Of a stretch of DNA of 51,878 bases, positions 28,695 to 38,036 are shown piece by piece. Every line of letters begins with the position of its first letter. Position 1 is the stretch's first letter. The stretch is from Patescibacteria group bacterium (GTDB lineage: Bacteria; Patescibacteriota; Patescibacteriia; Magasanikbacterales; GWA2-37-8), in NCBI GenBank assembly GCA_038065775.1, contig JBBTQE010000019.1, forward strand, positions 1 to 51,878, written 5' to 3'. The notes below the pieces were generated by a model that was not told the DNA's origin, did no database searches, and was given only the letters and a program-made list of their open reading frames with translations. A program made the position numbers and the translations under genes.

Positions 28695-31691
28695 TCATAC
28701 CTTGTACTGGCAAATATTTTTAAAATCGCAATATTTACACGTGTGCTGGCCCGGGGTTGCGGAAAAATTTCCGGAATTGATTTGCTCGATTGTTTTAATC
28801 AGTTTCTCTTGAAGTTTAGAAATTTCTTTTTCATTTCCTAAAAACGAAACGCGCTTGTTGTCGTTTAAATAGTAGAATGTCAATTTTCCCGGCGCGCCAA
28901 TTTCTCTGTATTCTGGAAGTTGCCGCAGGGCGATTTGGTAAATTATCAGCTGGTCCTTATCTTCGCCCTCAACTTTTTCTTTTGCCTTTCCTGTTTTATA
29001 GTCAATAATTTCAAACGAACCGTCCGGCAAACGGTCAATTCTATCTATCTGACCGCGCACCAAATAATTCCCAATTTTAATTTTAAACGACGACTCCAGC
29101 CCAACCGGAATTGTCCAATTATTTTCTTCGGATTTATAAAACTCGCGTAAAATATCCTTGCCAAGCTGGTAATATTCTTCGCGTTGGAGCTTTGTATTAT
29201 ACCAATCTTCAATCCATGATTCTTCATAAAAAACAAGTAATTTATCCAACGAAGGCGCTTTGGTGGTTTTTATCGGCGCGTTCTTTCGCGGCGCGTCAAA
29301 AAGCGAGTCCTGTCTCACGTCGTTTAACTCGCATAGCCGTTCATAAAATTTATGCATCGCGCCATGCACACTTTTTCCAAAACTAAAACTCGCGCTTCCT
29401 TTGGTTGGTATTTTCAAAATGTGCGCCAGCTTGTATTGGTATGGGCATGTGCTGTAAGATTTGATTTGTGAAAATGAAAAAACGTCTGGGTGCTGATAGA
29501 TGAAGTCGGCCTTGTTGTCATCCCGAGCGAGGATCGCGCCGACGAGGGATCCCTGTCCATTTATCGATTGAGATAGGGTTTCCTCCGGAGCTTGCACTGA
29601 ACGAAGTGAATGTGTCGTCGGAATGACAGAAAACCCCAGCTCGGCTAAAAACCTGCTGATCTTTTTCGCCCTTGCCCCTCCGTAATCATCGGCGCTTAAC
29701 AAAAACAATTTTTCTTTCGCGCGCGTTATGGCCACATAGAACAAACGCCGTTCTTCCTGGCAGTGGCTATCCCCTTCCGAGAGCTGTTCTTTAATCAATT
29801 CGGCCGGTATTTCAATTCCCTCGCCGCGTCGTCTGGCAGGGAACCTATCCTCAACCAAATTAACGACAAAAACATACTTAAACTCCAGCCCTTTTGCCTT
29901 GTGGACAGTAATAATGTTAACGGAATCAGGCGTATCTGATGGCTGATAAAGCGCGCCCATATCTCCTGATTCAAGCACGTAATGAAAGTGTTCTAGAAAG
30001 CCGACAATGTTTGGGTTTGATGTTTCTGACTCATACTCATTTACATACTCAAAAAATTCTTTTAACTGATAAATTTGGCGAATCATTTCGCGATTCCCTT
30101 TTTGCTCTTCTTTTGTTAATAATTCCAACAACCCTGTTTGTTCTAAAAAGTTATACAGAATTACAGTCGGTTTTTCAGTTTTTGATTTTTGTAAGCCGAT
30201 TTGAATAATGTTTAATATTGCGGAGGTGTTTTTTTGGCCATTTTCGCTGACTCCAAATTCGCCGGTCCGCTTTAACGCTTCATAAAACGACACACTTTTC
30301 CGTTTGGCGTTATATGACAATTTCTGCATGTCTTGCTCGTTAATTTTCCAAACCGGCATGCAGAGCAATCGGTATATTGATTGTGAATCGTAAAAATTTT
30401 CCAAGACCCTAAAATAGTTTATACAGTCCAAAACAATTGGCTGACGGTAAAGTCCGGAAGCCGCCAAAAATTCGTATGGCACGCCGGCTTTTTCCAGCGC
30501 CGCCATAAATGGTTCGCTGTGGCTATTGGCCCTAACCAAAATTGCAAAATCATCCCAAACAACATTGGAATCGTTTTCTTTAGCCCGGATTATTTCTCTC
30601 ACAACCGTTTTTACTTCTTCGTCAATAGTTGAACACATAATGTGAACAACACTTTTTTCGTCAGAAGATGGAACCTTCGATGTAAACTCGGGATGATTAG
30701 CGCGGCTAATCAATTTTTTATCTAGTTTTAATTTTACCTCCAAGCGATCGGGATTATTATTTTGGATTAACTTGTAGGCAGTGTCTAAAATCTCTTGATT
30801 GGATCTATAATTTTCATTTAACACGATTTCTTTTGCCTTGGGAAAGTCATCCTTAAAACGCAAAATGTTTGAAACCGACGCGCCACGAAACGCGTATATG
30901 CTCTGGTCGTCATCTCCCACCACCGTTAGATTTGGGTTTTCGCCGGCCAGCAATTGCACCAATTGATACTGCGCCCAATTTACATCCTGGAACTCATCAA
31001 TAAGAATGTATTTGAATCTTTTTCTCAACTTGTCGGTAATATTTTCGCGGGTTTGCAAAAGTTTTAATGTATAAAAAATCAGGTCGCCAAAATCCAGCGC
31101 CTCATTTTCCAAAAGAAGTTGGTTGTATGTGTGGTACGCATTGGCTACTTCTGATAAGCGAGTTTTTTCGTCGGTATTATCTTTATTCAGCTTGTTATCT
31201 TCCGCTAAATTCAAGTAGTCGTCCGGCGTTATCAATTCATCTTTGCATTTGTTAAAATGAGTAATCAATTCATGGATGTGCCCGGAGGGATTCCCAAGCG
31301 GACTATAATAATCCAAATTAAATTTGTCCAAATTTTTCCTCATTAACATCCACGCCTCGGATTCGGTTGCAAGTTTAAACTTATTGCTTAAACCAATGTC
31401 CAGCGCGTATTTTTCCAAAATTTTCTGGCAGAATGAATGAAATGTTGAAATTTGTAAATCAACATACCCGATCTCAATCAGATTATCCACTCGGGTAAGC
31501 ATTTCATCGGCCGCTTTTTCGGTAAAGGTTAAAGCCAAAACCTCCTCGGGAGTAGCGAGTTTTTGTTCAATTAAATAGGCGATTTTTTGCGTTATAACCG
31601 TTGTTTTACCGGTCCCGGCGCCGGCAACGATGATAAGCGGGCCATTGTTGTATTCCACGGCCTCTTTCTGGGCTTTGTTAAGAGTTTGCAT
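28695..31691 (-). CDS. UvrD/PcrA-type SF1 helicase fused to a C-terminal PD-(D/E)xK Cas4/AddB-like Fe-S nuclease
   Basis: 998 aa. Helicase motifs include VAGAGTGKTTV (Walker A), ILIDEFQDVN, VGDDDQSIYAFRGA and TVHKAKGLEF. The C-terminal nuclease has CPYQYKL...GQIDRID...IIDYKTGK...QLIIYQ...CKYCDFKNIC. The linker contains repeat copy 29516-29628. Confidence 0.85.
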   Translation of the reverse strand: MQTLNKAQKEAVEYNNGPLIIVAGAGTGKTTVITQKIAYLIEQKLATPEEVLALTFTEKAADEMLTRVDNLIEIGYVDLQISTFHSFCQKILEKYALDIGLSNKFKLATESEAWMLMRKNLDKFNLDYYSPLGNPSGHIHELITHFNKCKDELITPDDYLNLAEDNKLNKDNTDEKTRLSEVANAYHTYNQLLLENEALDFGDLIFYTLKLLQTRENITDKLRKRFKYILIDEFQDVNWAQYQLVQLLAGENPNLTVVGDDDQSIYAFRGASVSNILRFKDDFPKAKEIVLNENYRSNQEILDTAYKLIQNNNPDRLEVKLKLDKKLISRANHPEFTSKVPSSDEKSVVHIMCSTIDEEVKTVVREIIRAKENDSNVVWDDFAILVRANSHSEPFMAALEKAGVPYEFLAASGLYRQPIVLDCINYFRVLENFYDSQSIYRLLCMPVWKINEQDMQKLSYNAKRKSVSFYEALKRTGEFGVSENGQKNTSAILNIIQIGLQKSKTEKPTVILYNFLEQTGLLELLTKEEQKGNREMIRQIYQLKEFFEYVNEYESETSNPNIVGFLEHFHYVLESGDMGALYQPSDTPDSVNIITVHKAKGLEFKYVFVVNLVEDRFPARRRGEGIEIPAELIKEQLSEGDSHCQEERRLFYVAITRAKEKLFLLSADDYGGARAKKISRFLAELGFSVIPTTHSLRSVQAPEETLSQSINGQGSLVGAILARDDNKADFIYQHPDVFSFSQIKSYSTCPYQYKLAHILKIPTKGSASFSFGKSVHGAMHKFYERLCELNDVRQDSLFDAPRKNAPIKTTKAPSLDKLLVFYEESWIEDWYNTKLQREEYYQLGKDILREFYKSEENNWTIPVGLESSFKIKIGNYLVRGQIDRIDRLPDGSFEIIDYKTGKAKEKVEGEDKDQLIIYQIALRQLPEYREIGAPGKLTFYYLNDNKRVSFLGNEKEISKLQEKLIKTIEQINSGNFSATPGQHTCKYCDFKNICQYKV
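29516..29628. repeat. palindromic element, long variant, inside the helicase-nuclease CDS
   Basis: tgtcatcccgagcgagg...tcgtcggaatgaca. On the minus strand it is translated as VIPTTHSLRSVQAPEETLSQSINGQGSLVGAILARDD. Confidence 0.85.
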
Positions 31692-31725
31692 AAAAAATAA
31701 GAACAGCTTTTTAGGATGTTCTTAT
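31692..31725 (-). terminator. hairpin and T-run downstream of the ABC transporter, abutting the helicase start codon
   Basis: ATAAGAACA (31697-31705) pairs with TGTTCTTAT (31717-31725) across an 11-nt loop. On the minus strand the hairpin is followed by TTTTT, then directly by the helicase ATG at 31691. Confidence 0.45.
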
Positions 31726-31770
31726 TATAATTGAAATGAGCGAGAGAAGCAATAAAACCTTGAAGCTTTT

Positions 31771-33525
31771 TTAATTATCGGCATCAATAAAACCACCCGC
31801 TTGCACTTGCCATAATTTCCTGTAAATTCCATCCCTTTTTGTGAGTAATTCTTTATGTGGGCCATCCTCAATAATACCACCATCTTTTATTACCAAGATG
31901 CGATCCATCTTCATGATAGTTGATAATCTATGAGCAATAACAATTACCGTTTTCCCCTTAATAAGCGCGTCCAAAGCTACCTGAATCAGTCTTTCAGATT
32001 CTGAATCCAAACTTGACGTGGCTTCATCTAAAATAAGAATCGGCGCGTTGTGTAAGATTGCTCGCGCAATTGCCACGCGCTGTCGTTCTCCTCCTGACAA
32101 TTTTATTCCTCTTTCACCGACATGAGTTTCGTATTTTTCCGGAAAATCACTTATAAATTCATGACAATGCGCCAATTTGGAAGCTTCAATCACCTCTTCA
32201 TCATCTGCGTCTGGTTTGCCGTATCGGATATTTTCCATTAAGGAACGATGAAATAAAACCGGATCTTGAGGAACCATGCTCACATTTTTCCACAAACTCT
32301 CAAGTTTGATATTAGAAATTTTTTGATCATCAACCAAAATTTTTCCGCTCACAACATCATGCATCCGCAATAATAGGCGCGCAATCGTACTCTTTCCGGC
32401 TCCGGAAGGACCGACTAGAGCAACTTTTTCCCTTGGCGCAATCGTTAAATTAAAGTTTTTCAAAACGCTACGAGTTTGATTGTAGGTAAAATTGACATTT
32501 TTAAACTCTATCTTCCCTTTCGTAACAACCATATTTTTAGCGTTTTTTGCGTCCTTGATTTCATGAGGTGTATTCAAAATTATGGTCATTTCCTCCGCAT
32601 CGGCCATATTTTCGTATGCGCGTTGAATAATCTTTCCAAAATCCCAAATTTTCATAAAAATTATCAACAAATACGATTGTACCAATACAAAATCACCAAC
32701 AGTTAAAATTCCCTGTTTCCACAGTGAGATTGAAAGATAAAAAGCTCCAATTTCCAGTCCTATCATCAGCATGCTTTGAGCGGCTTCAAAATAACTTCCA
32801 ATATTCCATGTAAACAATCTTAGCTCCCGCACTTCATCATTAATTTTTTTAAAACTTCCAACCTCTCTATTATAACCGACAAATAATTTAACATTAGAAT
32901 TATTTGTAATCGTATCAGCCATAAATCCGGTGGCTCTTGAATCGGCGGCGCTCCGGAGCAAATCATATTTAATTTTATAACGCGTAAAAAGGCCGTTGAT
33001 TATTAGAAAAATTATAATCCACAAAAGCATTCCGGCGCCAAGAAGGATATTTCTTTCAAATAACACAATCAGAATCACGATAATCGTAGTGGCCAACGGA
33101 AGCAAATTAAAAATTGTTTTATCAGCAAGATCCTCAAATGACATGGTGAATCTATTTACTCTCTTGACTAGTGAACCGACAAAATTATTATTAAAAAAAC
33201 TAAAAGAATGTTTATGAAGATACTTAAAACATGAATTTGTGATGTCAGCAATTATGTTTGATTCAAAATACGAAGTAGTGAATGTGTTGATTCTCCAAAA
33301 CACCCACTGTAACAATTCAAGCGCCGCCACCATAAACAACACGTTCATTAAACCGGCCGTTTGGGACTGATTTAACAAATTAAAAAATTGCTTAAAGTAA
33401 ATTGGCACTATCGCATTTAAAATAGACGCGGCAACCACTGTCACAAATATCACAAAAGCGGAAATCTTGTAATTTCCCAAGTGTTGCCAGTAAATTTTTA
33501 ATGTCGCTTTTGTGTTATTTTGCAT
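31771..33525 (-). CDS. ABC exporter, fused permease and ATPase (MsbA/MdlB-type)
   Basis: 584 aa. Six N-terminal TM helices are followed by Walker A (GPSGAGKST), the signature LSGGERQR and Walker B (ILILDEATS). There is no N-terminal C39 peptidase domain. Confidence 0.85.
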   Translation of the reverse strand: MQNNTKATLKIYWQHLGNYKISAFVIFVTVVAASILNAIVPIYFKQFFNLLNQSQTAGLMNVLFMVAALELLQWVFWRINTFTTSYFESNIIADITNSCFKYLHKHSFSFFNNNFVGSLVKRVNRFTMSFEDLADKTIFNLLPLATTIIVILIVLFERNILLGAGMLLWIIIFLIINGLFTRYKIKYDLLRSAADSRATGFMADTITNNSNVKLFVGYNREVGSFKKINDEVRELRLFTWNIGSYFEAAQSMLMIGLEIGAFYLSISLWKQGILTVGDFVLVQSYLLIIFMKIWDFGKIIQRAYENMADAEEMTIILNTPHEIKDAKNAKNMVVTKGKIEFKNVNFTYNQTRSVLKNFNLTIAPREKVALVGPSGAGKSTIARLLLRMHDVVSGKILVDDQKISNIKLESLWKNVSMVPQDPVLFHRSLMENIRYGKPDADDEEVIEASKLAHCHEFISDFPEKYETHVGERGIKLSGGERQRVAIARAILHNAPILILDEATSSLDSESERLIQVALDALIKGKTVIVIAHRLSTIMKMDRILVIKDGGIIEDGPHKELLTKRDGIYRKLWQVQAGGFIDADN

Positions 33526-33600
33526 AAATTAACAAAAATCACTACCCGATTTGGCAGCTTACCTTTATAGGAGACGAAAAAATAGCCAAAATGTTACAGC

Positions 33601-33732
33601 TTAACTCTCTAATTTGCACTCACAGCCACAGCTGCTGTCGCATTCGCAACAGCTGGAGCAAACGGATTCGTTGCAAATACAATTCTCGCCCTCTCGCTCC
33701 AATGATATTTCGCATTTTGAACATTTTTCCAT
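33601..33732 (-). CDS. candidate 43-aa cysteine-rich (metallothionein-like) peptide
   Basis: Hand translation gives MEKCSKCEISLEREGENCICNESVCSSCCECDSSCGCECKLES followed by a stop. It has 11 Cys with CxxC, CxC and CC spacings, and it is co-oriented 75 nt upstream of the ABC exporter. There is no obvious Shine-Dalgarno sequence, and a Q/S-rich frame is also open on the opposite strand, so coding status is uncertain. Confidence 0.35.
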   Translation of the reverse strand: MEKCSKCEISLEREGENCICNESVCSSCCECDSSCGCECKLES

Positions 33733-33759
33733 ATTTGAAACGATGAAATTTTAAGTATT

Positions 33760-34092
33760 TTAGACCCCTTGGTCCTTCGTTCTTTTCGCCCTGCGAATCA
33801 ATTCGTCGCGCAACTGCTCCGCGTCCGCTTGTGAAAGCCCTGACAATCGCCCTTCTGCCGCAGCGCCCAATAATCCATAGCGAGATATCTGTAAAGAAGC
33901 CCCTGCAGTTTGGATATGCAGATCTGATAACCCAAGTATTCGCGCCAAGATACCGCGGTAAATATCTACATTTTGAATTTTGTCGTATGGGATTGTAACA
34001 TATTTTTTGGTAATGACGCCCATTGCGGCTTGCCGCGGATAATCACAACGGACTGGCTTCGAAAATACCTCGGAGCTTGCTCCAAGGAACCT
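33760..34092 (-). pseudogene. 5'-truncated bacterial PH-domain (bPH_2, YdbS/YdbT-like) gene remnant
   Basis: The ORF 33760-34023 reads GVITKKYVTIPYDKIQNVDIYRGILARILGLSDLHIQTAG, the core bPH_2 pattern. The frame stays open upstream without an ATG as far as a stop at 34093-34095. The two TM helices normally found N-terminal of this domain are missing. The segment is visibly more GC-rich than its flanks. Confidence 0.5.
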
Positions 34093-34125
34093 TTATTATA
34101 GCAAATGCGCAAAAAAAAGCAATGT

Positions 34126-34584
34126 TTATTTGATAACTTTTACTCCGGCCGGCAAATTTTTTTCAATGCCGTTTAAGTCAAGTTCTGAATAGTCATTTCC
34201 CGAAACATTAAAAGTTTTTAAATTTTTCAAATTACCGAGTTCGTTTGGCAGACCGGTTAATTGATTATTTGACAAGTCAAGCACTTCTAAATTTTTTAAT
34301 TGACCAATTTCCGCCGGAACACCGGTCATAAGATTATCACTTGCGTTGAAAATTTTAAGCTTTTTAAGCTGACCGATTTGAGATTGAATCGCTCCTGTAA
34401 GCTGGTTGTTTGATAAATTTAATTCAACCAAATTTGTTTGGTTAAAAACATGCTCGGGAACTTTTTTTAATTGCTGATTGCTCAAGTCCAGTTTATTGCC
34501 GGCCACTTGGCTTGTTTGTTTCAGCAATGCGCAACCGCTCAAAAATAAAGTTATGATAATAATTGATAGGAGTTTAAATTTCAT
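34126..34584 (-). CDS. leucine-rich-repeat lipoprotein
   Basis: 152 aa. It has a lipobox (LFLSGC) followed by about five 23-aa LRRs (LxxLxLSNNQLTGxP). Confidence 0.75.
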   Translation of the reverse strand: MKFKLLSIIIITLFLSGCALLKQTSQVAGNKLDLSNQQLKKVPEHVFNQTNLVELNLSNNQLTGAIQSQIGQLKKLKIFNASDNLMTGVPAEIGQLKNLEVLDLSNNQLTGLPNELGNLKNLKTFNVSGNDYSELDLNGIEKNLPAGVKVIK

Positions 34585-34589
34585 GCAGT

Positions 34590-34997
34590 TTAAAATAATG
34601 GATTAAAATTTTGTTTTAACAAATTTTGAGTGGGTAAAAAAAGCGGCTGTGGCAAATTATTCCAATCAAACCAGTCCCACCCTTCGCATTTTTCCGGTTC
34701 CATTGTTTTGACTTCGCCTGACGCGAAATCCGCAACCATGTAAATTGTAATGTAATGTTTTTGTTCCACTTCAAAAATATCGTTTACGACGGAGCCGAAA
34801 CGCAAATTTTTTATTTCAATACCGGCCTCTTCCATTGTCTCGCGACGGGAACATTGTTCCCATGATTCTCCATATTCCAAATGTCCGCCGGGCACGCACC
34901 ACGCCCCTTCGCCATGAGCGTTTTTTCTTTTACCAAAAAGGACCTTTCCGTCTTTTATAATGATTACTCCAATCCCCACTTTTGGTCGATCGGTCAT
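34590..34997 (-). CDS. NUDIX hydrolase
   Basis: The start is taken at [13 protein letters not shown]. The Nudix box is [23 protein letters not shown]. Confidence 0.8.
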   Translation of the reverse strand: MTDRPKVGIGVIIIKDGKVLFGKRKNAHGEGAWCVPGGHLEYGESWEQCSRRETMEEAGIEIKNLRFGSVVNDIFEVEQKHYITIYMVADFASGEVKTMEPEKCEGWDWFDWNNLPQPLFLPTQNLLKQNFNPLF

Positions 34998-35054
34998 AAA
35001 AAAGATTAGTATCCACCTATATATTAAGCCCAAAACAAAATTTTCGCAATAGAC

Positions 35055-35082
35055 AAAAAACCCGGCGCGAGGCCGGATTTTT
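35055..35082 (-). terminator. rho-independent terminator of the atp operon (bidirectional shape)
   Basis: AAAAAAC-CCGGC-gcgag-GCCGG-ATTTTT. On the minus strand the GC stem is followed by GTTTTTT. It lies about 10 nt after the atpC stop codon (hairpin stem 35062-35076). Confidence 0.7.
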
Positions 35083-35084
35083 GA

Positions 35085-35495
35085 TTATTTTCTATACTTT
35101 TTCGCCACTCGCATCTTGTTCACTTCTCTATCGATCAACGCCTGCAGTTTGGCAAAGTCAACATCTTGAACATTTTTAATATTTTTCATTTGTTCTTCGG
35201 CTCGTTTGCGCGCCTCTTCCGTTTTTTCCAAATCAATTTCTTCGGCTCTTTCGGCACTATCGGCCAAAATTATGACCTCGTTGTTTCCTCTCACCTCAAT
35301 AAATCCGCTTGAAACCGCAATGTGATGCTCGCCGTCTTTATCTTTTATTTTTAATTCGCCCGAAGCCAAAACGGAAACCAGTGGAATGTGATTTTTAAGA
35401 ACAGTAATTTCGCCACTCGTGGTTGGAATGGATACCTGAAAAATTTCATTTTCGTAAACAATTTTTTCCGGAGTGACGATTCTGAATTTAAGCAT
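35085..35495 (-). CDS. atpC: F1 ATP synthase epsilon subunit
   Basis: The start is taken at MLKFRIVTPEK (35495), just after the atpD stop. A beta-sandwich domain is followed by a C-terminal helical hairpin. Confidence 0.8.
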   Translation of the reverse strand: MLKFRIVTPEKIVYENEIFQVSIPTTSGEITVLKNHIPLVSVLASGELKIKDKDGEHHIAVSSGFIEVRGNNEVIILADSAERAEEIDLEKTEEARKRAEEQMKNIKNVQDVDFAKLQALIDREVNKMRVAKKYRK

Positions 35496-35496
35496 A

Positions 35497-36873
<1,377 letters not shown>

Positions 36874-36889
36874 TTAATTATTTTTTAGC

Positions 36890-36966
36890 TGTCATTCCGA
36901 ACGCAGTGAGGAATCTCTGTCCAATTGGCCAACCGACAGAGATCCTTCGCTTCGCTCAGGATGACA
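36890..36966. repeat. palindromic element (atpD|atpG intergenic)
   Basis: tgtcattccgaacgcagtgaggaatctctgtcc-aattggccaacc-gacagagatccttcgcttcgctcaggatgaca. Confidence 0.9.
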
Positions 36967-36980
36967 AATTGTAATATGAA

Positions 36981-37934
36981 TTATTCCAATGCCGCGGCGC
37001 CGCCTGCTATTTCCGCAATTTCTTGCGTAATGCCTGCTTGCCTGGCTTTATTAAAATTCAAATTTAATTCTTTGATCATATCTTCAGCCGCGTCGCTCGC
37101 GCTCCTCATCGCCACCATTCTGGCGCTGTGTTCGCTGGCGGACGACTCCAACATCGCCTGATAAATTTGCATCTCAACCAGACGCGGTAAAATTATTTTT
37201 AAAACATCCAGTTTGTTTGGTTCAAAAAGATAATTGCCTAATTCAATCTCCGTTTTTTGTTCGTGAGATTTGCTTACCTCTTCAATTTCATTTAACATCT
37301 TTTCAAGATCAACTTCTGAAATAGGCAAAACCTGTCTTAATTTCGCGATTTGCGCGATTGTGGATTTAAAATCCGTGTATGCGACGATAACTTTGTCGTA
37401 GACCTTGTTTTCATAATCATTAACGACCATTCTTCCGATCGGCAAGGCATCATTCATGTTAGGGGTATCAGACAAATTTGTAAATGATGCGATTAAATTA
37501 TACCCCATTTTTTTCGCAAAATCCGCGCCTTTTTTTCCGATGCCAATTACATCAACTTCAATTTTATCGCTTGGCGCGACTACTCTTCCACTAACTCTTT
37601 GTCTGCTGATATTTTTTGGATCTTTTAATTGCTCGGATGTTTTTCTGATGATGTTTGAATTAAAACTTCCGCACAATCCCCTGTTTGATGTTATCATGAT
37701 TACCAAAACTTTTTTTACCTGTCTGGCTTCAAGCAACGGGATTTGCATTTTTTCTCCTTGCGAAAGATGAACAAGCAAATCCCAAGCAAGCGTTGCGTAA
37801 TTTCGAGTATCCAAAGCAGCGCTGACGGCTTTTCTCATTTTTGCCGCCGCGACCATTTCCATCGCTTTCGTAATCTTTCGCGTGCTTCCGACGGATTTTA
37901 TTCTTCGTTTGATTGCTTTGGTGTTTACGGCCAT
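36981..37934 (-). CDS. atpG: F1 ATP synthase gamma subunit
   Basis: 317 aa. The N-terminus IKRRIKSVGSTRKITKAMEMVAAAKMRKA and the C-terminus ITQEIAEIAGGAAAL are gamma-subunit signatures. Confidence 0.9.
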   Translation of the reverse strand: MAVNTKAIKRRIKSVGSTRKITKAMEMVAAAKMRKAVSAALDTRNYATLAWDLLVHLSQGEKMQIPLLEARQVKKVLVIMITSNRGLCGSFNSNIIRKTSEQLKDPKNISRQRVSGRVVAPSDKIEVDVIGIGKKGADFAKKMGYNLIASFTNLSDTPNMNDALPIGRMVVNDYENKVYDKVIVAYTDFKSTIAQIAKLRQVLPISEVDLEKMLNEIEEVSKSHEQKTEIELGNYLFEPNKLDVLKIILPRLVEMQIYQAMLESSASEHSARMVAMRSASDAAEDMIKELNLNFNKARQAGITQEIAEIAGGAAALE

Positions 37935-37941
37935 ATAATTC

Positions 37942-38024
37942 TGTCATCCTGAACGCAGTGAAGGATCTCTGTCCATATTGTTTTGACGAACAAGACAGAG
38001 ATTCTTCGTATGCTCAGAATGACA
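37942..38024. repeat. palindromic element (atpG|atpA intergenic)
   Basis: tgtcatcctgaacgcagtgaaggatctctgtcc-atattgttttgacgaaca-agacagagattcttcgtatgctcagaatgaca. Confidence 0.9.
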
Positions 38025-38036
38025 ACTGATAATAAA

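Noticed and set aside
36925-37161. 78-aa ORF starting in the atpD|atpG gap (MANRQRSFASLRMTNC...), and similar ORFs at 37729-37952
   Set aside because: Their starts are created by the palindromic repeat, and the bodies run antisense into atpG. They are artefacts of the element.
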